A stretch of DNA of 64,000 nt from Cloacimonetes bacterium UBA6097. GTDB taxonomy: Bacteria > Cloacimonadota > Cloacimonadia > Cloacimonadales > Cloacimonadaceae. A program made the position numbers and the translations under genes. The notes beneath the pieces are model-generated. The model was given only the letters and a program-made list of their open reading frames with translations. It was not told the origin of the DNA and did not search any database. The stretch is taken from positions 127,370 through 191,369 of the forward strand of contig DIWV01000002.1 in the NCBI GenBank assembly GCA_002435865.1. Direction: 5' to 3'. This document shows, in pieces, positions 20,801-28,440 of the stretch; the first letter of the stretch is position 1, and each line of letters begins with the position of its first letter.

Positions 20801-21627
20801 TTTTCTGATTCCAGGATTTTAATCAATGTATCGTTTATCAAGTCATTAGCTTTAGCAAAAGGTTTTTCAGGGTCATCGGAAAGAATGTCGTTAAATAAAT
20901 GTCTACCCTTTGCTTCTTTAATCTTCAATTTTTCTTTGTGATAGAAAACCGTCCTCAGGTTAGCATCTTCCGAAATTCCAATAGCGCGCAGCAGCACAGT
21001 TACAGGAAGCTTTCTTCTTTTATCGATATGAACGTACATTACATCGTGCAAATCAATGTCAAACTCCAGCCATGAGCCATTATACGGGATTATCTTTGCT
21101 GAATAAAGAAGCTTTCCACTGGGATGTTTCTCTTCAGCGAAATAAACACCGGGTGAACGTTGGAGCTGAGATATTACTACACGTTCGGCTCCATTTACTA
21201 TAAAAGTTCCCTGCTCTGTAATCAGCGGAATTTCTCCTAAGAATACATCCTGTTCAATAACGTCTTTAACGACTCTTTCGCCTTCTCTGTTCTCAAAAAT
21301 AGACAAACGCATTTTAGCTTTAAGGGGAGCCTGATATGACAAATTACGCTCTATACATTCAGTTATTGAGTATTTTTCCTTCAAAACATTGTATTCTATA
21401 AACTCCAGCAGAAAGTTGCCTTTTGGATCTTCCAAAGGAAATACACCTTCAAATACTGCCTGCAATCCTTTTTTCAAACGGAACTGCGGGTGTACTTCTT
21501 TTTGCAAAAACTCATTAAAAGACTCAACCTGCATAGCAAGAAGATCTGGAATATCCAGACGCGGAATACCCAGTTCTTGAAATCTCCGGGTAATACGGGA
21601 ATAACTTTTGATAGGTCTCAAAAGCAC
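17842..21627 (-). CDS. rpoB: DNA-directed RNA polymerase subunit beta
   Basis: 1261 aa with full-length RpoB similarity (e.g. [41 protein letters not shown]). The track start is a GTG placed 1 nt after an AAGGAG. A TTG two codons downstream (21621) has better RBS spacing, so the exact start is uncertain. Confidence 0.96.
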   Translation of the reverse strand: [1261 protein letters not shown]

Positions 21628-21677
21628 ACTCCTTTGTTGTATATGGGCATTAAAAATATATGAACTTTAGACAGACA

Positions 21678-21709
21678 AGGGAAGTGAGAAAAAGCTTTCT
21701 CACTCCCTT
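21678..21709 (-). promoter_or_regulatory. Stem-loop in rplL-rpoB spacer (candidate attenuator)
   Basis: AAGGGAAGTGAGAAA / TTTCTCACTCCCTT inverted repeat in the 99-nt gap between rplL and rpoB. It occupies the position of the partial terminator known in E. coli. No clean U-tract follows. Confidence 0.4.
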
Positions 21710-21726
21710 GGATAATGCAATCAATA

Positions 21727-22104
21727 CTATTTAATTTCAATACTGGCGCCGACTTCTTCTAATTTCTTCTTTACTGATTCGGCTTCTTCTTTGCTGACTT
21801 TTTCAGAGACTGTTTTTGGTGCTCCATCTACTAAATCTTTAGCTTCTTTTAAACCAAGCTTAGTAATCTCGCGGACAACCTTGATAACATTGATTTTTTT
21901 GTCCCCTGCACTTTGCAGGATAACATCAAATTCGCTCTTTTCTTCAGCTGCTTCTGCGCTTGCAGATGGTGCTGATGCGGCGGCGGCAACTGGTGCTGCA
22001 GCGGAAACGCCGAATATTTCTTCCATTTCTTTTACTAATTCGGCTAATTCTAAAACCGTCATTTCTTTAATCAGGTCAATTACTTGTTTCTTTTTATCGG
22101 ACAT
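21727..22104 (-). CDS. rplL: 50S ribosomal protein L7/L12
   Basis: 125 aa. It has an Ala-rich hinge and a C-terminal [16 protein letters not shown]...[13 protein letters not shown]. Confidence 0.95.
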   Translation of the reverse strand: MSDKKKQVIDLIKEMTVLELAELVKEMEEIFGVSAAAPVAAAASAPSASAEAAEEKSEFDVILQSAGDKKINVIKVVREITKLGLKEAKDLVDGAPKTVSEKVSKEEAESVKKKLEEVGASIEIK

Positions 22105-22125
22105 TGTTCCTCCATGCTATGAATA

Positions 22126-22659
22126 TTAATCTTGTGATTTCGTTTTTGCTACTGCATCAACTGCGTAAACAAATTTGCGGATAATGCCTTGGGTGACTCC
22201 CAGGAATCCAATGAGCGGAGCTTGTACACTGCCGAGTATTTTAGCGAGCAGCTCGTCACGGGAAGGAAGTTTTGCCAGTGCATGCATTTGTGATTCATTT
22301 AAAAGATTTCCCGAAATGAATCCTGCTTTAAATTTTGGAAAGTCTTTATCTTCCATAACTTCTTTCAGGAATTTCGTTATAACCCTTGCAGGTCCCACTT
22401 CATCGCTCTTGCATATTGCCAGGGCTGTAGGTCCTACTAAATAATCATCTAATTCTGTTATACCCAAGTCATGCAATGCAATTTTAACCAGAGTATTTTT
22501 TTGTACCAAATAATCAACCTGTTCTTTACGAAAACGAGAACGCAGCTGATTGACTTCTTCTATGTTGATTCCCTTATAATCCACAAGCACAATCGCTCTG
22601 GCATCCTGGAGCCGCTCTTTCAAATCCTTAACGATATCTAACTTATAAGCTTGCACCAT
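22126..22659 (-). CDS. rplJ: 50S ribosomal protein L10
   Basis: 177 aa, L10-like throughout, in the conserved position between rplA and rplL. Confidence 0.93.
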   Translation of the reverse strand: MVQAYKLDIVKDLKERLQDARAIVLVDYKGINIEEVNQLRSRFRKEQVDYLVQKNTLVKIALHDLGITELDDYLVGPTALAICKSDEVGPARVITKFLKEVMEDKDFPKFKAGFISGNLLNESQMHALAKLPSRDELLAKILGSVQAPLIGFLGVTQGIIRKFVYAVDAVAKTKSQD

Positions 22660-22671
22660 TTCTCCACTCCC

Positions 22672-23376
22672 TTAGCTCTTTGCTTCCGTGGTCGCGCTTG
22701 CAATCTGAAGCTTTACGCCAGGTCCCATAGTTGTGCAAAGGGTTATGCTTTTAATATACACTCCTTTCAGAGTTGCAGGACGATCACGCAGAATAGAAGC
22801 TAATATAGATTTAATATTTTCTTTCAGATTTTCATCCGGGAAGCTTCTTTTCCCTGCCGGGATATGCAAATTAGCGAATTTATCCACTCTGTAAGTGACT
22901 TTACCGCCCTTTGCATCATTGATTGCTTTGCCGATATCCATGGTAACTGTTCCATCCTTGGGGTTTGGCATCAAACCACGTGGACCGAGAACTCTACCCA
23001 ATTTTCCGATTTTGCCCATCAGGTTAGGGGTTGTAACGACCATATCATAATCAAACCAACCACCCATGACCTTTTCGACCAAATCTTCCAAACCGACATA
23101 ATCAGCACCGGCTGCTTTTGCCTCGTCTGCTTTGTCACCTTCAGCAAATGCCAGAACTCTGACTGTTTTTCCGGTTCCAAAGGGAAGAACAATTGAGTTA
23201 CGTATTTGCTGGTCAGCTTTACGAGGGTCTACGCCGAGATTGAAGTGAATTTCGACTGATTCATCAAACTTGGAAGCAGGAAATGCTTTCATTGTTTTAA
23301 TGGCTTCATCGAGTTCAAATCGTTTCTGGCGGTCAAACATCGCATAAGCTTGTTTGTACCTTTTACTATGTTTCAT
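22672..23376 (-). CDS. rplA: 50S ribosomal protein L1
   Basis: 234 aa. MKHSKRYKQ...FDESVEIHFNLGVDPRKADQQIR..., the L1 signature. Confidence 0.95.
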   Translation of the reverse strand: MKHSKRYKQAYAMFDRQKRFELDEAIKTMKAFPASKFDESVEIHFNLGVDPRKADQQIRNSIVLPFGTGKTVRVLAFAEGDKADEAKAAGADYVGLEDLVEKVMGGWFDYDMVVTTPNLMGKIGKLGRVLGPRGLMPNPKDGTVTMDIGKAINDAKGGKVTYRVDKFANLHIPAGKRSFPDENLKENIKSILASILRDRPATLKGVYIKSITLCTTMGPGVKLQIASATTEAKS

Positions 23377-23481
23377 TTATTCTCCTTAACGAATACTATC
23401 TCCTGCAAAGATTGGCTGTTACGCCCCGCTGACGGGACATAAGATTTCCTGTTATACTCCTGTTGCGGAATATAAAGAAAA

Positions 23482-23913
23482 CTAATCTTCAACAGTTACA
23501 CCCATGCTTCTCGCAGTGCCGGCGATCATACTCATCGCGGATTCAAGGGAATGACAATTCATATCCTGCATCTTTTGCTCAGCAATCCGACGCAGTTGTT
23601 CCTGGTTAACTTTACCCACTTTAGTCTTGTTGGGAACACCGCTCCCTTTGGCTAATCCGGCTTCTTTCTTGATTAGAATAGAAGCTGGAGGGGTCTTTAT
23701 TTCAAATGTAAATGATTTATTCTTTGCAACATAAATAATTACAGGATATACCATACCCGGTGCATCTGAAGTCTTTTCATTGAACTGACGACAGAATTCC
23801 GGTATGTTTACACCTGCCTGACCTAATGCAGGTCCAACCGGTGGTGCCGGAGTAGCTTTTCCGGCGGGAAGCTGTAGTTTTATTATTGCTGCATAATCTT
23901 TAGGTTTTGCCAT
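23482..23913 (-). CDS. rplK: 50S ribosomal protein L11
   Basis: 143 aa. ...[27 protein letters not shown]..., the L11 signature. Confidence 0.95.
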   Translation of the reverse strand: MAKPKDYAAIIKLQLPAGKATPAPPVGPALGQAGVNIPEFCRQFNEKTSDAPGMVYPVIIYVAKNKSFTFEIKTPPASILIKKEAGLAKGSGVPNKTKVGKVNQEQLRRIAEQKMQDMNCHSLESAMSMIAGTARSMGVTVED

Positions 23914-23990
23914 TAAAGCACCTCAATATTTTTGTCATTTCTGCTGTTTATCCACACAATTTTAGCGTAGATATTTTTGCAGAAAACTGG

Positions 23991-24515
23991 TTATCGTTTT
24001 GTCATTTCTACTTGGTCAGCATTTAGTTCGACCGGTGTAATCCTGCCAAACACTGTAACGTTAATGACCAGTTTTAAACCGTCATCACTGGATTTGACTA
24101 TTACACCTTCGAAGTCAGTAAAAGGACCTGATACAACTTTTATCATATCGCCGGGAATAAAATCAAATGTTTTTGATATCTTATCCCTGTCGGCAATACC
24201 AAGCAAGCGTTTGACCTCTTCCTCACTCAGGGGAATAGGTACTTTACCATGTCCAAGAAAATTGGTAACACCAGCTATATTACGAATATATGTAATTAAT
24301 TCAGGAGTCAGATCTGCTTCCAGAATTATATAACTGGTAAAGAGTTTCTTTTCTCGTTCTACTTTTTTGCCATCCCTGATTTGGAACGTTTTTTGTACCG
24401 GGACAAGTAATTGTCCTACCTGCTTTCCTAATTCAGTTTCTGCCAGACCCTTTTCAATTGCGGTCTTTACTCTGTTTTCATGAGCTGCAAAAGTATGAAC
24501 GACATACCATTTCAT
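23991..24515 (-). CDS. nusG: Transcription termination/antitermination factor NusG
   Basis: 174 aa. The N-terminus is MKWYVVHT...ENRV (NGN domain) and the C-terminus has a KOW motif (GDMIKVVSGPFTDFEGVI). Confidence 0.95.
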   Translation of the reverse strand: MKWYVVHTFAAHENRVKTAIEKGLAETELGKQVGQLLVPVQKTFQIRDGKKVEREKKLFTSYIILEADLTPELITYIRNIAGVTNFLGHGKVPIPLSEEEVKRLLGIADRDKISKTFDFIPGDMIKVVSGPFTDFEGVIVKSSDDGLKLVINVTVFGRITPVELNADQVEMTKR

Positions 24516-24532
24516 CTAACTGACCTTTCTCA

Positions 24533-24721
24533 CTAAAAAATGCTGCGTACAGCTAAACCGAACATGAAATCTACAGCTGACAGGAATAAAGCGACTATCG
24601 TAGACATAATAATAACTACAATAGTACCCTCTTTTAAATCATCTTTGGTAGGCCATGTGACTGATTTCATTTCAGTATGCACATCACGGAAAAAGCGGAT
24701 TGCGCCGTCTAATATCTTCAT
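24533..24721 (-). CDS. secE: Preprotein translocase subunit SecE
   Basis: 62 aa. FFRDVHTEMKSVTWPTKDDL followed by a single TM helix, in the conserved position upstream of nusG. Confidence 0.85.
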   Translation of the reverse strand: MKILDGAIRFFRDVHTEMKSVTWPTKDDLKEGTIVVIIMSTIVALFLSAVDFMFGLAVRSIF

Positions 24722-24758
24722 ATTGTTTTACCATTTACTGTCAAATCCGAGTCTAAAA

Positions 24759-24834
24759 TGGCAGGACAGGCAGGAATCGAACCCGCAACCCTCGGTTTTG
24801 GAGACCGATGCTCTACCAATTGAGCTACTATCCT
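24759..24834 (-). tRNA. tRNA-Trp (anticodon CCA)
   Basis: The reverse complement folds by hand into a cloverleaf. The acceptor stem is AGGATAG/CTGTCCT, the anticodon loop is CUCCAAA and the T-loop is GGTTCGATTCC. It has an encoded CCA end. Confidence 0.9.
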
Positions 24835-24843
24835 ATGCCAAAT

Positions 24844-24993
24844 CTATCGGGTTTGTTTGTGTAAAGTATGTTTCCGGCAGAACGGGCAAAATTTCTTTAT
24901 TTCCATTCTGTTCGGATGCTTGCGTTTGTTGCGTGTTGTCGAATAATTACGATTTTTGCAATCTTCGCAAGCTAAGGTTATAATATCTCTCAT
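24844..24993 (-). CDS. rpmG: 50S ribosomal protein L33 (missed by ORF track, <60 aa)
   Basis: Hand translation gives [49 protein letters not shown]. It has the L33 CxxC...CxxC zinc-ribbon signature. An AAGGAAA RBS lies 6 nt upstream. It is 34 nt after the tuf stop and 9 nt before tRNA-Trp. Confidence 0.9.
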   Translation of the reverse strand: MRDIITLACEDCKNRNYSTTRNKRKHPNRMEIKKFCPFCRKHTLHKQTR

Positions 24994-25027
24994 TTAAATT
25001 TCCTTACACCAGGTAAACCTGACGTTA

Positions 25028-26212
25028 TTATTCAGCAATACTTGCTACAACGCCGGAACCGATAGTACGTCCACCTTCGCGAATAGCGAAACGGAGACCC
25101 TGTTCCATAGCAATCGGAGTAATAAGTTCTGCACTGATTTGAACGTTGTCACCGGGCATAACCATTTCCACGCCTTCAGGCAGGTGCAGGGTTCCGGTCA
25201 CGTCTGTTGTACGGAAATAGAATTGAGGACGATAACCTGAGAAGAAAGGTTTGTGGCGTCCGCCTTCATCAGTGGTGAGGACATAAGTCTGACCAATAAA
25301 TTTTGTATGAGGTTTGATTGACTTAGGTTTGGCAAGCACCATTCCACGTTCCACGTCATCCTTGGCAAATCCGCGCAGTAAAACACCAATATTGTCACCG
25401 GCCTGGGCTTCATCCATCAATTTACGGAACATTTCCACGCCTGTGCAGGTGGTTTCTACAGTCTCACGAATACCTACGCGTTCAACTTTATCCTGTATTT
25501 TGATAATTCCGCGCTCTACACGACCTGTAGCAACAGTTCCACGTCCGGGAATAGAGAAAACGTCTTCAACCGGCATCAGGAAAGGCTTGTCTGTAGCACG
25601 TTCGGGCATGGGAATATAGTTATCAAGAGCGTCAATCAATTCTATCAGAGCTGCTTCGCCTTCAGGTTCGCCGTTCAATGCTTTGAGGGCAGAACCACGA
25701 ATCACGGGGCAGGAATCTCCGGGAAAATCATACTTATCAAGAAGTTCTCTGACTTCCATTTCCACAAGGTCAAGAAGTTCAGGGTCATCAACTAAGTCAC
25801 ACTTGTTCATAAACACAACCATAGAAGGCACACCAACCTGGTGGGCAAGCAGGATGTGTTCGCGGGTCTGAGGCATTGGGCCGTCAGCAGCGGATACAAC
25901 AAGTATTGCACCGTCCATCTGGGCAGCACCGGTAATCATGTTTTTGATATAGTCGGCATGACCGGGACAGTCAACGTGTGCAAAGTGTCTGTTTTCTGAC
26001 TGGTATTCAACGTGTGCGGTTGCAATCGTGATACCACGGGCTTTTTCTTCGGGAGCGTTGTCAATACTGTCGAATGAGCGGAAAGTAGCTCCACCTTTTT
26101 TGCTCAGATACAAAGTAATCGCAGCAGTTAAAGTGGTCTTGCCATGGTCAATATGACCAATAGTACCAACGTTAACATGGGGCTTATTACGCACGAATTT
26201 CTCTTTCGCCAT
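25028..26212 (-). CDS. tuf: Elongation factor Tu
   Basis: 394 aa. [33 protein letters not shown]..., canonical EF-Tu throughout. Confidence 0.98.
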   Translation of the reverse strand: MAKEKFVRNKPHVNVGTIGHIDHGKTTLTAAITLYLSKKGGATFRSFDSIDNAPEEKARGITIATAHVEYQSENRHFAHVDCPGHADYIKNMITGAAQMDGAILVVSAADGPMPQTREHILLAHQVGVPSMVVFMNKCDLVDDPELLDLVEMEVRELLDKYDFPGDSCPVIRGSALKALNGEPEGEAALIELIDALDNYIPMPERATDKPFLMPVEDVFSIPGRGTVATGRVERGIIKIQDKVERVGIRETVETTCTGVEMFRKLMDEAQAGDNIGVLLRGFAKDDVERGMVLAKPKSIKPHTKFIGQTYVLTTDEGGRHKPFFSGYRPQFYFRTTDVTGTLHLPEGVEMVMPGDNVQISAELITPIAMEQGLRFAIREGGRTIGSGVVASIAE

Positions 26213-26357
26213 TGTTCCTCCTGGATTCTTACATCCATTCTTTTGTTATTTTCTGTTAATTGTTAGCGGTAAACGAGGAGTTTACCCGGTTAGTGTTACC
26301 AAATCTATTTGGTAGTGGTCGTTCCCAAATTTATTCAGTAGAAATAAATAAAATCTG

Positions 26358-26433
26358 TGGAGCTCACAATCGGACTTGAACCGATGACCTCCTCCTTACC
26401 AAGGAGGTGCTCTACCGGCTGAGCTATGTGAGC
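26358..26433 (-). tRNA. tRNA-Thr (anticodon GGU)
   Basis: The reverse complement is GCTCACATAGCTCAGCCGGTAGAGCACCTCCTTGGTAAGGAGG...GGTTCAAGTCCGATTGTGAGCTCCA. The cloverleaf was drawn by hand, with anticodon loop TTGGTAA. Confidence 0.9.
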
Positions 26434-26457
26434 TGCTGTTTTCATGTAATATAAAAA

Positions 26458-26533
26458 TGGAGCGGGAAACGGGGCTCGAACCCGCTACCCTCAGCTTGGA
26501 AGGCTAATGCTCTACCAAATGAGCTATTCCCGC
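26458..26533 (-). tRNA. tRNA-Gly (anticodon UCC)
   Basis: The reverse complement is GCGGGAATAGCTCATTTGGTAGAGCATTAGCCTTCCAAGCTGA...GGTTCGAGCCCCGTTTCCCGCTCCA, with anticodon loop CTTCCAA. Confidence 0.9.
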
Positions 26534-26548
26534 ATGAAATAAAATTTA

Positions 26549-26634
26549 TGGTGGAGAGGGGGGGATTCGAACCTCCGAAGTCGTCTGACGACAGATTTAC
26601 AGTCTGTTCCCTTTGGCCGCTCGGGAACCTCTCC
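26549..26634 (-). tRNA. tRNA-Tyr (anticodon GUA), long variable arm
   Basis: The reverse complement is GGAGAGGTTCCCGAGCGGCCAAAGGGAACAGACTGTAAATCTGT CGTCAGACGACTTC GGAGGTTCGAATCCCCCCTCTCCACCA. It is an 86-nt class II tRNA. Confidence 0.9.
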
Positions 26635-26640
26635 ACACTA

Positions 26641-26715
26641 TGGAGCCGATGAAGGGAGTCGAACCCCCAACCTATTGATTACAAATCAATTGCTCTACCA
26701 TTGAGCTACATCGGC
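26641..26715 (-). tRNA. tRNA-Thr (anticodon UGU)
   Basis: The reverse complement is GCCGATGTAGCTCAATGGTAGAGCAATTGATTTGTAATCAAT...GGTTCGACTCCCTTCATCGGCTCCA. It is the first gene of the Thr-Tyr-Gly-Thr-tuf cluster, the same order as E. coli thrU-tyrU-glyT-thrT-tufB. Confidence 0.9.
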
Positions 26716-27110
26716 AACACGTTTTGTCACAATCCTTAGCACCTCGGTCTATTGTCAACCGAAAACTACACTCTATTATCGTTTAAATATCATTTTTCCA
26801 GTGTAAATGCCAAAAAAAACTACTCAAGATATATGTCAAATGTTTTTCTTTAATTGTGATTATTTGTTGAAAATCAGCGGTCTTTCCCTACCTTGTGTCA
26901 TATTAGAAAAGGAAGAACACTCATTATTCCACAGAGATACTCCATGTATCCTGTTATTTTATGTTTTCTGAATTATGCTCTGTTCGTTTCTTTCCACATT
27001 ACAAGATATATACAGAGATTAACTAAACAGAGGCCTTCCCAACAAATTTCGATTGCATTGATAAAATCATGATGAAAATTCCAAAAATATATATTAAAAC
27101 CATATACCAG

Positions 27111-28364
27111 TTATATTGCTTTAACATTTTCTATTGTTGTATCGAGATCTTCTATATGTCCTTGCAAAGTAAATCTTGTTCTGATACTCTCAAGAAATTC
27201 AACTGCTTTATTTTTGGGATAAGCATTAAATAATTCACTTCGGACTCTTTCGTTATCTCTTATCATAGTTAATAATAACCGTAACTTGTCAGTATTTAAG
27301 GAGCTTATGAAATCTGCAAGGATATTATGACTTTCGGATCTCCCCCAATAATTTCCAAAGAATGTCGATAAAATCTCTTGATAAACTTCTTCAAAAACAA
27401 CAGATGGAACTGAAGGTCCCAATTGGGACAATACCCTAGCTGCACTATTTTCCGAAGCCCAGCCATAAGATGCATCCTTTGCATTGGCAAGTTTACTAGC
27501 TGCTTTTCTATATATATTGGCTCTTGAGCCATCAGGAATATATTTAATCGCATTTAGAGAAACAAGCATTTCTAACAACCTAGTTTTTGCGCCCTTATCA
27601 ATACTATTATCTGCTGTTTCATCAACCGCAAAAGAATGGTATTTTAAACCAGCTGTTTTTCTTAGGTCTTCAATTGACAATTCCCATACAACAGGAAAAA
27701 GAACTTTTGAATTACTTAAACTTGGCTCAGTACCATTGCATAATAATTCTAATAAAAATCCAAATAGTTTTCTTAAATCAGGGCTTTTTAAACTCTTTAT
27801 TTGGTCAATATGGATCAAGATTTGTTCTTGAGCTAATGCAACATTTTTAATAGGATCAAATAAAGAAAATACTGAATGTCCAGGTTCTGGTATGCTCGCT
27901 TCAAATAAGTTCTTTTGAAGTAAAAGTGCTATAGCTATAGAATCTTCAACATCTACTTTAACATCTGATTCATGTGCAGCTGAAACATGATTTCTCATCC
28001 AGTTTATCATTTCCAATGCTTTACTAGCTTTAGGGTTTAATAATCCAAGATTTTTTGCTCCTTGAATAAGCATTAAATCATCTACATTTTCCCATCTTTC
28101 TGCGATTGTACTACCATCTTTATCATATTTTTTTCTTCCATTTTCTGTTTTAACAACAAACTCCCATAATTCTACACCAAAAGCTTCTACGCGTCTTTTC
28201 AAATTATGCATTGCGGCATTCCACAAAGCTAAAATTGAATAACTATAAAATCCAGATTCGAATAACCGAGTAGCTTCATTTACGTAGCCGAATTCAATTG
28301 CATCAAAGTTTGTCATTTGCTTACATGCCGATGAGACTAGTATTTCAGGAAGATATATACTCAT
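27111..28364 (-). CDS. Hypothetical protein with N-terminal HEPN/Abi-like helical domain (RN-x5-H motif)
   Basis: 417-aa AT-rich ORF, all-helical in appearance. Residues 121-131 read NWMRNHVSAAH, i.e. R124-N-x5-H131, which fits the HEPN Rx4-6H consensus with the Abi-type RN. The remaining 270 aa are unrecognised. Confidence 0.7.
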   Translation of the reverse strand: MSIYLPEILVSSACKQMTNFDAIEFGYVNEATRLFESGFYSYSILALWNAAMHNLKRRVEAFGVELWEFVVKTENGRKKYDKDGSTIAERWENVDDLMLIQGAKNLGLLNPKASKALEMINWMRNHVSAAHESDVKVDVEDSIAIALLLQKNLFEASIPEPGHSVFSLFDPIKNVALAQEQILIHIDQIKSLKSPDLRKLFGFLLELLCNGTEPSLSNSKVLFPVVWELSIEDLRKTAGLKYHSFAVDETADNSIDKGAKTRLLEMLVSLNAIKYIPDGSRANIYRKAASKLANAKDASYGWASENSAARVLSQLGPSVPSVVFEEVYQEILSTFFGNYWGRSESHNILADFISSLNTDKLRLLLTMIRDNERVRSELFNAYPKNKAVEFLESIRTRFTLQGHIEDLDTTIENVKAI

Positions 28365-28440
28365 TTTTTCTCCAATGAATCACTTTGTTTGAGGAAATAA
28401 TTTTGTTCTAAGTCAATTGTAAACATCATATAGAAAATTC

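Noticed and set aside
13455-21580. Numerous 60-143-aa ORFs antisense or out of frame within rpoC and rpoB. Similar shadow ORFs lie in EF-G, tuf, the AAA gene, the ACAD gene (50362-51093, 243 aa), ppiD (57194-57739, 181 aa) and the EVE-nuclease gene (28721-29275, 184 aa).
   Set aside because: They are shadow ORFs inside strongly supported conserved genes. They have low-complexity, Ser/Leu/Phe/Ile-rich compositions and no RBS or motif.
24540-24983. 147-aa plus-strand ORF
   Set aside because: It runs antisense through secE, tRNA-Trp and the hand-identified rpmG. The minus-strand features are far better supported.
26442-26636. 64-aa minus-strand ORF
   Set aside because: It lies entirely within the tRNA-Gly and tRNA-Tyr genes.
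26717-27110. Promoter of the tRNA-tuf operon (minus-strand TTGACA at about 26755-26760)
   Set aside because: The -35-like hexamer is clear, but I could not find a convincing -10 element at 16-18-nt spacing. It is not listed as a feature.
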